Of a stretch of DNA of 64,000 nt, positions 38,031 to 49,399 are shown piece by piece. Source of the stretch: Podarcis tiliguerta (Eukaryota); assembly GCA_965153285.1 (NCBI GenBank), contig OZ229116.1; one strand, 5' to 3'. The position numbers and the translations under genes are program-made. Within the stretch, counting starts at the first letter, position 1. Every line of letters starts with the position of its first letter. The notes under the pieces were generated by a model. That model was not told the origin of the DNA and ran no database searches. It saw only the letters and a list, made by a program, of their open reading frames with translations.

Positions 38031-39914
38031 TACATCTATCTATCTATCATCTATCTATCTACTCAGGAGCAGCCAATACTGTATTTTTATGCAGCTTCTT
38101 AAACCACTGGCAAGGTTCCCAGGCTGAAAATCTTCTACCCTCAGCTGCTTTTACCACAGTTACTGAGAGGATGCTGGTATTTGTAAAAGCAACTTCTCCC
38201 TTTTTTCCCTTTTGATGGGTGGGTGATTTTCTGTGGGAAAGCGGTGCAGAAGTAGTTGCCCAGGTCCCCCTTTGTTTATTATTTATTTCATTTCCTCACA
38301 AGGTGATTTACAACTTTAAAAGTTAAACAAAACAATTGTTTTAAACAGATAAATTTGTATTGGGGAGAGGCAGCAATCAAATCAATAAAAAACTTGGTGG
38401 AATACAAAACAAAATGTCTATAGGGACCACTTAAAGGCCACAAGCAAGCTTCATTTTGCAAAGCAGAAAAAGAAAGGTTTTGAAAAGAAACATGGCACTC
38501 ATCACAACATATTGGTCAGTCCTAAAAATGCATGGAATGAAAGGACTGTGATGCAGGTCATCTTCAACCCACAAACAAGGCATATGAATGCAATGGACCT
38601 TATAGGAAGAACTTATTCCCTACCTTGATAGCGGCAACACTGTTCAGCTAGCTTCCAAAAGGCTGTTGCCTGTTTCCTCCCATATTTTAGAGTAAACATG
38701 GCTGCTACTGCAAATTTCCCATGTGTTAGTTCCATACCCTTTCTGGAGTCAGTACATCTTGCTTTGCCAGTGTTTTGGCTTTGATAATGTACAGGAAATA
38801 GTTCCCTTACATTCCATGTAATTGCACAATGGTGACATAAGGCTCCCTGGTCTGCTTCTATCCCCCTTCTGTGGAACTCTAAGCAGCCATTACTTGGTAC
38901 AGAGCTGATCCTCTGTGTGGATATCTCCCAGTCTGTTTCACCCAATTTGTATGTGCAACTTCCTTCCTCCCTGTGCCCACCCCTCCAATCCTCCCTAGGA
39001 AATTCTTGTTAATTTCTGTTCATACCAAATGGGAAATCTTACCAGGTATCAATGCAGCAAGAGATCCCTTTACAGTGTAGAAAATGTAGAATTTCACTTT
39101 TAAAATGGAGTTGCAATAATTAGCTCTCTGCAGTCTTAATATTGTTTTAAATGAGATATCCTTTTAACACTAGGGGTTATTATTCCACTGAATCATTTTG
39201 GGCCTGATTCATAAGAATAAGTCAGTGCTGCTTCTGAAGTTCATTAATCTTACTTTTTTGGGGGGGGGCGGTCTCATGTTAAAGTTGAAAGAACCTTAGA
39301 AGGAAGCAAGGGGAGATAGTTTTTTAAAAGAAAGGAAAGTATACCAAAATATAAGCAAAATAAATTTGAGGAGAACAGTTATAAGTAAACTAACTGTAAT
39401 AGTAATAGGTAAAGTGATCAGGCACTAGCTACAAAAAGAAAGTGATTTTAATACAGTAGAGTCTCAGCAGTGGTGCAATGTTCCAAACACTCATGTATTT
39501 CTACAAATATTTATAGAAGAATATATCATGTCTTTGTAGGACATATCATTTAAAACTAAGTTCATGAAAAGTCGGGATCACAAATGATTGCAAAGCCCAT
39601 TTCTTGTACCAAAGAACTTGCTATCTCTCTCACAACAATAAATACATATTTTGGAAATTTGCTATTAATAACATATATATTGAGAACTATGATCATATAT
39701 GGTAATAGCTGCAAGCCTTCTTTGTGCTAAATTTTGGAAGGTCGTGGAGAATAATATTCTGCTGCCTATTTGTTTCTGAGTACAATTTGGAAGTGCTGGT
39801 TTTGACTTATAAAGCACCAAACACACCTTTCTCCATATAATCCTGCAGGAGAACTGACATAATCCATAGAGGCCCTTCTTGCTGTTCCTTCAGGAATGTA
39901 TAAGGTCCTAAAAC

Positions 39915-40482
39915 ATAATTAATTAGCCAGTCTGAGCACTTAGAAAAGGATGCTGTGGTTACTAAGACCCAACATGGGTTTCTCAAAAGCAAGTCATGCC
40001 TGACAAATCTATTTTTTTATATAGAGAGCTACAAGCTTGGTGGATCAGGGGAATGATGTGGACATAGTATATCTTTATTTCATTAAGGCTTTTAACAAAT
40101 TCTCCCTTGATATTCTTGTGGAGAAACTGGTAAAATATGGACTGAATTAGTTAGATGGATTTGTAGGTGGTTGACTGACCGAACCCAAAGAATACCCATT
40201 AATGGCTCCTCATTATCCTGAAAAAAGGTGTCAAATGGGGTACTGCAGTGTCCTGTTCTGGGCCCAGCATTGTTCAATGTCTTAAAAAAATGACTTGGGT
40301 GAAGGAACTGACACTAAACAGATGACATTAAACTCAGAGGGGTAGCTAATGCTGCAGAAGATAACATTGGGATTCAACATGACTGTAACAGATTAGAGAA
40401 CTGGACCAAAAGTAACAAAACAAATTTCAATAGGGACACATGTAAGGTTCTACACTTGGGTAAGAAGAACCAGCTGCACCAG
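39915..40482 (+). mobile_element. CR1 LINE, RT-region fragment, degraded
   Basis: Encodes QHGFLKSKSCLTNL, VDIVYL.FIKAF, GVLQCPVLGPALFN, DDIKL and CKVLHLGKKN, all CR1 ORF2-type motifs, with frameshifts. Confidence 0.9.
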
Positions 40483-40803
40483 TAAAAAATGGCACACACA
40501 TACACACACAGTTCTCTCCATAGCAACTTGCAAACCTGAAAACTGCTTCTTGGCCCACTTTCTCTGCTGGGTGTGCTTTGTTCTTTTCAAATGGCTGCTC
40601 TGGTGTTTCCCTCCTGGAATTGGTTGAGCTCCCTGTTTTGGCTTTGGGGGTCAATAGGAGGCTGAGGGCTGCAGGGGAGGGTGCCTAGGAAGGAGAGAAG
40701 TCCAGATAGTAAAAAATAGTTGACAAGCTAAGAGCCTCAGTGGCACCCTCTGGAGTTATCACCAGGGGTAAAGGTTCTGGCTAAACGCCCATAGTTTTGC
40801 CCC

Positions 40804-41038
40804 TGTCACATGGAAGATGGAGCAAGCTTGTTTTCTCTTGCTCCAGAGCGTAGGACTGAACCAATGGCTTCAAGGTAGAAGAAAGAAGATTCTGACTAAA
40901 CATCAGAAAGAACTTTCTGACAATAAGAGCTGTTCAACAGTGGACTAGACTGGCAAGGAGGTGGATTCTCTCTCCTTGGAGATTGGGCTAGATGACCCCC
41001 AGGATCCCTTCCAACACTGCAGTTCTATGATTCTATGA
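40804..41038 (+). mobile_element. CR1 LINE 3' end
   Basis: ctaaacatcagaaagaactttctgacaataagagctg, then cccttccaac..gttctatgattctatga, the (ATTCTATG)n CR1 tail. Confidence 0.9.
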
Positions 41039-41040
41039 CA

Positions 41041-41320
41041 ATGCATGAAAGGGCCTTTTCTGTGGTAGCTCCCTTGCCTCTGGAATTCCCTCTTCCAGGA
41101 GATCTGCTTGGCTTCTTCACTGCCTGTGTTTAGGAGGGCAGTTAAAACTTTTCAGTTTCTTCAGACATTTAAGCCCCTCTAGATATGTTGGCTGCTGTGA
41201 GTTTTGTTGTTATTGATTTTTCATGTTTTCCCCCTTTTAGTGTACTAAAATCTGCATAATTGTTCTGTATGTTAGAAACCAAGGAAGTCAGAAACAGAGC
41301 AGGTATATATAATTGTTTGG
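41041..41320 (+). mobile_element. L2 LINE 3' end fragment
   Basis: agggccttttctgtggtagctccc..ctctggaattccctc reads RAFSVVAP..LWNSL, followed by a T-rich 3' UTR. Confidence 0.7.
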
Positions 41321-42020
41321 AACAAAAACACACAGGAACAAATGTAGTTAGCTGATACTTTATAATGATGAAAGTTGTATGTATTTATTCATTATTTTCT
41401 TTGGAAAATAAATAAAATATTTAAATTTTATCAAAATTGCATTACTCATAAATTCAATTTTATAAAGGATGGGCTGGTTAAAAAAAAACAGCATGCTTTT
41501 GGTGTTTAAAACAAAGACCAGAATATCCCTTAAAGTTTCAACGAAATGAAGCAGTTGCATTTGAAGCTCCAGCTGCTTGATGTTGATCGGTGCTCCTCAC
41601 AGAACATGAATCATTTTCCTTGAAACGGTTTTCTTGTGCCCCTTTAAGGACAGTAGACTTGAGAAAAAGAGTGCTTTGGTGGGTGGAGTGTTCTTGGAAG
41701 GGCTGGGGACATGGAAAGAATGCTCAGGACTTGATTCTTCAGGGAGCCAAGCCATATGCCTGGAGGTTTCCCCCCTCCCTCCCTTCCTGGCTGAGCACTT
41801 CAGGAGGGGAGGGGAAGCTGGTCCTTCGCCTCAGATCATGCCCTGAGGAGCTGTAATCCAGCAGGCAGGAAATATTTCAAGACAGCCCTTTCCCCTAAAG
41901 GAACCCAAAGGAAAAGAACTGCCAAGGGGTGAGGGTGATGTGGGATAAAGGAGAGACAAAGGGGTGGTAATTAGGGACTTTCCTGAGGTCCAAAATTCTG
42001 TCAAGGGGGGGGGGTCTGTG

Positions 42021-42022
<2 letters not shown>

Positions 42023-42061
<39 letters not shown>
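42023..42061. repeat. (GT)n microsatellite
   Basis: Directly visible. Confidence 0.95.
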
Positions 42062-42062
<1 letters not shown>

Positions 42063-42187
42063 TGTGCATTATGTATAGACACATTTGCACATCTTAACGT
42101 GTACATCACGATTTGTCAGGTGTAATGTGATGTTCCTCTTTGACATTTTGTTTAAAGCTCTCCATGGCCTCTCCCACCTCTATGATT

Positions 42188-42385
42188 GTGGGTAGGCAAA
42201 CTAAGGCCCGGGGGCCGGATCCAGCCCAATCGCCTTCTTAACTAAGGCCCACGGACAGCCCAGGAATCAGCATGTTTTTACATGAGTAGAATGTGTCCTT
42301 TTGTTTAAAATGCATCTCTGGTTTATTTGTGGGCCCCGCCTGGTGTTTTTACATGAGTAGAATGTGTGCTTTTATTTAAAATGCA
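42188..42385. mobile_element. hAT-Charlie-like MITE, partial, with internal ~42-bp duplication
   Basis: Head ggtaggcaaactaaggcccgggggccggatccagccc. The unit tgtttttacatgagtagaatgtgt.ctttt.tttaaaatgca occurs at 42273-42314 and ~42344-42385. Confidence 0.75.
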
Positions 42386-44730
42386 ACTAACTTTTGTCCC
42401 TTTGCATTCTGTGAAGCATCATGCACATTGATGACGCTATATGAAAATAAGGAAATAAACATTTGACCTAAGAGGAAAAGACTGGTGAGGTTTATTATAT
42501 CACGAACCCACTAATTCCAATGGGACTTGCACAGTGAAGTTTAGAGAAGGTATTGCCCTAATGAATGTAACCTACTTACTATAAAATATTTTGTCTAGAA
42601 GACAGAACACGGGACAGCTGAAGTCAAATCTGACTTCTATGCTTCTTCCCATATTGGTAGGCTGCCTTATCTGCAAGATGCGCCCAAATAATTTTTAATC
42701 TTCTTGGATCATGGAGCAGTTTGAAGATCCTGACAGGAATCAGGCATAGCCTGTGGACACCCTCTGAGTAATAAAGAAGAGGACACAAACCTGTCCACTG
42801 TTCAGCTTGTACTTAAAAGCATTGTTGGAATGGGCAAGGATCCAGGAATGGTATTGGTTGTTTTCTCAGAGTTAGATGGTTGCTGTCTGGCATTGATAGT
42901 GAGATGGTGTTGTTATCGGTTTCGAAATGCAGGAAAAGGACAAATCCTCTTCTGTTTCCTGTGGATAAGCATAAAGTTCACAATCTAGTGAAATCTTGTT
43001 ACTTTAAAGAAAGCAGACTTGGAGTGTTTTTCTGTAAGCCAATTGTGGCTTTTGTATTGTATGATAAATAATTTGCCTTTTAGATACTGTAGGTAATAAG
43101 GAGTTTTGAATTTATTTATTTATCGGCACACATTTAATATATGATTTCTCCAAGGATGATTATTCAGGGTTTTTGTTTTTTAAAAATGTTATTATTCTAA
43201 TTGACTTGGTATTCCAAGAAATATTATTACCTATAATACAAATAAATAAAGGTTTTGTTTAATACTTCAAGTGTCAGGTGTTTTGTTTGCTGGATCAGTG
43301 TTTTAAACACTAAAGTGAATGGTTCCATTAAGAATATGCACTAGGAATTTTTCCTGTGCATATCCTTTTGAGATTAATGGGTAGTTTCTTGCATAGCCCT
43401 CATTCACTTCAGTGGATGTGAGCAAGAGAACTTTGTGCTAGTTTGAGCTCTAAATAACTAGCAACAAATCATTTGTCAGAATAAACAGCTGTATATAAAT
43501 GGAACTAAAATCAGCATAAAATTATGTTGATGTATAACGATACAAGTATTTTGAGTTAACTAATTTTTGACTCTAGCAGTGAAACACTTCTTCTTAGAGT
43601 ATTTTCTGTCATAAGTGATTTGTAGACATTCTCCATCTAAAAAAAGAAATTGACACATTGGTTTCTATAGGTTTCAGCCTAAAACGCAGAAATGAAGTAG
43701 TATAATAGCTAAGTCATTTTGGTTACTACTTGGCATATGTTCTTGTTTGTCTTTTCATTGTTACTCATAAATCTTTCAGCTTTTACCATAATAATTTGTC
43801 ATTTGTTCCTGTTTCCAGTTTTTTTGCAAGTTGCTTTGTCTATGATCACCTAAATGTTTGGGCTCTGTTTTACTAAGGAAGTTCCGCCAGTAAAGTTTTT
43901 TTGCAAAGAGGAAGAAATGGTGGGCAACCTCTTGAACTTTAGAAGAAGATAATACACGGTTCGAATCTAGCTTTTGTGAAGTTCACTCTTTTCACTTAAC
44001 CCTGGCTGATTCAAAAAAACCTAATACAAACTCACATGTTATTAGCCATGTATTTATTTCGGTGCTGGTTAGTAGCTGCTAAATTATCTGAGTTCAAGTG
44101 GGAAACTGCAGCAAAGTAGTAGAGGGTGTCACCAGCTCCCAACAGCGTGTTTCTGAAGATACTTTTTTCATTGTGTTTTATGCTTTCTTCTTTAACTCTT
44201 GTAGCTGAGCACCAAAATTCCTAATAATCCATTAAACTATGTTCTTTTCAGGACCAAGTTTAATACAAAAGTGAGAAATTTGAATTATTCTGTTTTTATT
44301 AAATATTAGGCATGCGGGTGACTCTTAATTTTGAAATAATTTTCTAATACTTTTTCCCTGGTTGGCACTTCCAGTTGTTCCCGTAGTATACAAATCATTT
44401 TATGGTGGATACAAAAGACACATTAAGTATATTAAAATCTGCATTTTAATAAAGATGTCAATGTATAATACGCATCAAGCAACTACAAATGATAAAAGCA
44501 ATAAAAGGATAATGCGGGAACAGACCGATTTCATGGCTTTTCCTAGTTTACCATCCAATTTGAATTAGTATATTATAGAAGATGGGTGCGGGTGCAGAAG
44601 GCAGCCTGCCGATGTTGTACAATTGCATGTGCGTTTCAATACATTTCTGATCAAGTGTATATATTCACGACAAGTACCGTCTGAAGAGGAAGCCCTTAAC
44701 CGTTTGCTTCTCTTACCTCCCTTTTTCCAG

Positions 44731-47700
44731 ATGGAGTAGACATTGAGGATGACCCTTCCTGCTCATGGCCAGCTTCTTCACCTTCAAGCAAAGACCAGAC
44801 TTCCCCAAGCCATGGAGACGGCTGTGATTTTGGCGAAGAAGAAGGTGTCCCTGGACTGCCCTACCCCTGCCAGTTTTGCGACAAGTCGTTTAGCCGCCTC
44901 AGCTATTTGAAGCACCACGAGCAAAGTCACAGCGACAAGCTCCCTTTCAAGTGCACGTATTGCAGCCGCCTTTTCAAACACAAGCGGAGCAGAGATCGCC
45001 ACATCAAGCTCCACACGGGAGATAAGAAATACCACTGCAGCGAGTGCGATGCAGCGTTTTCGAGAAGCGATCACCTTAAAATCCACCTAAAGACTCATAC
45101 CTCTAACAAGCCATATAAGTGTGCCATTTGCCGGCGCGGGTTCCTCTCCTCTAGTTCGCTTCACGGTCACATGCAAGTCCACGAGAGGAACAAAGATGGT
45201 TCTCAGTCTGCCTCCCGGATGGAGGACTGGAAAATGAAGGACACTCAGAAGTGCAGTCAATGTGAAGAAGGTTTTGATTTCCCCGAAGACCTTCAGAAGC
45301 ACATAGCAGAATGCCACCCGGAGTGTTCCCCGAATGAAGACAGAGCTGCTCTTCAGTGTGTTTACTGCCACGAACTCTTTGTAGAGGAAAGTTCCCTTGT
45401 AAACCACATGGAGCAGGCTCACAATGGAGCGGAAAAGAAACACATGTGCAGTATTTGCTCAGAGAACTTCCATAGTGTCGAAGAGCTGTATAGCCACATG
45501 GATAGCCACCAGCAGCCCGAATCATGCAACCACAGCAACAGCCCCTCTTTAGTGACTGTTGGCTACACCTCAGTGTCTAGCACTACACCAGATTCAAACC
45601 TCTCAGTGGACAGTTCAACTATGGTTGAAACAGCTCCCCCCATAACAAAAGGCCGTGGAAGAAAACGGGCAGCCCAACAGGTGACAGATATCACGGGGCC
45701 TTCAAGCAAGCAAGCCAAGGTTACCTACAGCTGCATATACTGCAGCAAGCAATTGTTTTCGAGCCTTGCAGTGCTCCAGATACACCTGAAAACTATGCAT
45801 TTAGATAAACCCGAACAGGCCCATATTTGCCAGTATTGTTTAGAAGTATTACCTTCGCTTTACAATCTGAACGAGCATCTTAAACAAATACACGAAGGCC
45901 CAGATCCTGCGCTGATTGTTTCGACCATGCCTGCTATGATCTACCAGTGCAACTTCTGCTCGGAAGTTTTCAATGACCTCAACACTCTTCAGGAACACAT
46001 TAGATGTAATCACGGATTTGCAAATCCAGCTGCTAAGGACAGTAATGCGTTCTTTTGTCCCCATTGTTACATGGGATTTCTTACTGATTCTTCTTTGGAA
46101 GAGCATATTAGACAAGTCCATTGTGATCTCAGTAGCTCCCGTTTTGGTTCTCCTGTGCTGGGAACCCCCAAGGACCCAGTTGTGGAAGTATATTCTTGTT
46201 CTTATTGTACAAATTCCCCAATATTTAATAGTGTTCTTAAACTGAATAAACATATAAAGGAAAATCACAAGAACATTCCGTTAGCGCTAAACTACATTCA
46301 TAATGGAAAGAAATCTAGAGCCATGAGCCCCTTATCTCCAGTGACTATAGAGCAGGCTTCTTTAAAGATGATGCAAGCGGTTGGTGGTGCCCCTCCACGC
46401 CCTACTGGAGAATACATTTGTAATCAGTGTGGTGCTAAGTACACTTCCTTGGATGGTTTCCAGACTCACTTAAAAACACACCTTGACACTGTCCTACCCA
46501 AACTGACTTGTCCTCAGTGCAACAAGGAGTTTCCAAACCAGGAGTCCCTGCTGAAGCACGTGACCATCCACTTCATGATAACCTCCACTTACTACATCTG
46601 TGAAAGTTGTGACAAACAGTTTACTTCAGTGGATGACTTGCAGAAGCACTTGCTCGACATGCATACCTTCGTGTTTTTCCGCTGCACTTTGTGCCAAGAG
46701 GTGTTTGATTCAAAGGTCTCCATTCAGCTTCACCTGGCCGTGAAGCACAGCAACGAAAAGAAGGTGTACAGGTGCACCTCCTGCAACTGGGATTTCCGCA
46801 ACGAGACGGACTTGCAGCTCCATGTCAAACACAACCATCTCGAGAACCAAGGGAAAGTCCACAAGTGTATCTTTTGTGGCGAGTCCTTTGGTACCGAGGT
46901 GGAGCTGCAGTGCCACATCACAACACACAGCAAAAAGTACAACTGCAAGTTTTGCAGCAAAGCATTTCATGCCATCATACTGCTGGAGAAACACTTGAGG
47001 GAAAAGCACTGCGTCTTTGAAACAAAAACTCCTAATTGTGGAACCAATGGAGCATCTGAGCCAGTTCAGAAAGAAGAAGTGGAGCTACAGACCTTGCTGA
47101 CAAATAGCCAGGAGTCACACAATAGCCATGATGGCAGTGAAGAAGACGTCGATACATCTGAGCCAATGTACGGATGTGATATTTGCGGGGCGGCCTATAC
47201 AATGGAGTCTCTCCTGCAAAATCACCAGCTGCGAGATCACAACATCCGACCCGGGGAAAGTGCCATAATTAAGAAAAAGGCAGAACTGATTAAAGGGAAC
47301 TACAAGTGCAATGTGTGCTCTCGGACGTTCTTTTCAGAAAACGGACTCCGTGAACACATGCAGACACATTTGGGTCCAGTGAAACACTATATGTGCCCAA
47401 TATGCGGCGAGCGATTTCCGTCTCTTCTGACTCTTACAGAACATAAAGTCACACATAGTAAGAGCCTAGATACAGGGAATTGCAGAATTTGCAAAATGCC
47501 TCTTCAGAGCGAGGAAGAATTTTTGGAGCATTGTCAGATGCACCCTGATTTGCGAAACTCCTTGACGGGATTCCGTTGTGTGGTATGTATGCAAACAGTG
47601 ACTTCCACTTTGGAGCTGAAGATCCATGGGACATTTCACATGCAGAAGACGAGCAGCACTTCAGCAGTGCAGGCCACAGGGCGAGTGCAGCATCTCCAGA

Positions 47701-48086
47701 AACTGTACAAATGTGCTTCTTGCCTGAAGGAATTCCGTTCAAAACAGGACTTGGTGAAACTTGACATCAATGGCCTGCCATATGGTCTGTGTGCCGCCTG
47801 CGTTAATCTCAGCAAAAGTGGCAGTCCAAGCGTCAACATCCCTTCCAGCAGTAATAGGCAAGGCATGGGCCAGAATGAGAACTTGAGTTCCGCAGAGAAC
47901 AAAAGCAAAGCAGGAGGGTTGAAGACTCGCTGTTCAAGTTGCAATGTTAAATTTGAATCAGAAAGTGAACTTCAAAACCACATCCAGTCAGTCCATAGAG
48001 AGCTCATTCCGGACAGCAATAGTACGCATCTGAAAACACCACAGGTATCACCAATGCCCAGAATCAGTCCGTCTCAATCTGAAGAG
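44731..48086 (+). CDS. ZNF521: ZNF521 large internal coding exon (about 25 C2H2 fingers plus one atypical Cys-rich finger)
   Basis: Polypyrimidine tract ...ctcccttttttccag-like (tcttacctccctttttccag) with AG ending at 44730. Phase-1 start (G)AT GGA GTA GAC gives [29 protein letters not shown]...[24 protein letters not shown], in frame with the 1067-aa ORF. Ends ...ISPSQSEE followed by donor GTAATT at 48087. Linkers such as [14 protein letters not shown] and [21 protein letters not shown] match ZNF521 rather than paralog ZNF423, from recall. Confidence 0.97.
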
Positions 48087-49349
48087 GTAATTCTCTCTCT
48101 CTTTGCTTAAAAACAGACCTTTGATTTTTTTAAAAAAAAAATGCATAGTATCATTTTTTATTTTTTATTTGCTAGTTATTTGCCAGGATATGCTTAGCCG
48201 GAATGTGTGGTGTATCTCCCATAGCCATTAGCTAGCTAGCAATTACTTGCTTCTTGATAAGCCTTGTGTTTTGGCTTGAATGATGCAGAGTAGGACTAAT
48301 TCCAGTCTCCCTAGGATATTGTCTTCTTTATCACTGAAGAGAATAATCTTCATGCCAGCACAACTGAGAGCTGGAATCTTAGCTGAGGTTCATTTTGAGT
48401 TGGAATCCCTAGTTCTGAGTTATGCTTACGGCACAGAGTGTTAATGACACAAAAGTAAACTACATCAAGCCAAAGCGTTGGCATGCAGAGCGCTGTTTTT
48501 GAAAATATTTGTGAGCAACAGAGCAGGAGGGCTATTTTTGTAAATTATGTTGTTGACATTAATTTTCCCCTGTCTTGCTCTACTTTGATTAAAAAGAAAC
48601 GCCACAGTGTAACACCTACATTTGCTAAAGGGCAAATTAGTCTTTTCATTGCAATTTAATTTTTATTTCTGTGTGCGCATGTTTGACAGAATATCAAGCC
48701 AGGCATCAGATGATTAACATTTCTTGCAGAATAATCTGTAACATAAAATTGTACAAATGTGAGTGTCCCATGGGGCATTAACAAGATCACACTCTTATTC
48801 CAGATTAATTAATTTGCAGTAAATGCTATGGCCTTGTTCTATTATCATAATCACTAACACGAATTAGAATTGCCAAAGGGGGCATTCCCAAGCACACTTA
48901 AATGTACATTATTTATCCCTTGACTTGCTTTAGTTTCCATTTTGTTTACACAAGGGGAAGGAAACATATTGCCCATGGCCTACATCCAGGCACTTTAAGT
49001 CTTGTTCCCCTATCCTCCTACCGCACCCATGCATACCTATTCGTCTGAGAGCCTGAGAGATCGCGACTATGGAGAAACTAAGTATAGCCGGGGAGGAAGT
49101 TGTGGTGGTCCAAATGTGTCGCAGCCACCCAGTGTCTATGCTTAGTCTACGTCATTTGATTTCATTAAGGAAAAGGGTAGCTTTATTTCTGCTCATCCAA
49201 ACCTTGTTTCCAGAGCCCCTTAAAATCTGTTGATCCTTGATACAGATTAATTAGGTGTTCTCAAAGACCTGAGCATGAATTGAGATGCCTCTGAATTACT
49301 AGGAGAATGGGACTGTGCTTGTGTCATGCTTGGGAGCATCTCATATGTA

Positions 49350-49399
49350 AGGTAAGGTAAGGTAAAGGTAAAGGACCATTCAACAGCTTACCTTTACCT
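49350..49399. mobile_element. 50-bp retro-insertion made of Sauria-SINE/BovB-type tails in both orientations
   Basis: Flanked by a perfect 14-bp direct repeat gcatctcatatgta (49336-49349 and 49400-49413). AGGTAA repeats at left, TTACCTTTACCT at right. Confidence 0.8.

Noticed and set aside
1-44730. Upstream ZNF521 coding exons
   Set aside because: I found no segment encoding the N-terminal motif or first finger with splice sites. They probably lie upstream of the window, though a spliced alignment is needed to exclude a small exon.
44731-44739. ATG GAG TAG mini-ORF at the first base of the exon
   Set aside because: An out-of-frame by-product of the D-G-V codons, irrelevant unless a non-coding first exon splices here.
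44784-47944. Antisense and alternative-frame ORFs of 60-139 aa over the large exon
   Set aside because: Expected shadows of a long coding exon, with no independent protein features.
44907-48110. 1067-aa ORF as a complete single-exon gene
   Set aside because: Its start is a TTG (Leu) inside the exon, and the VILSLFA tail is read-through past the GT donor at 48087. The true exon is 44731-48086.
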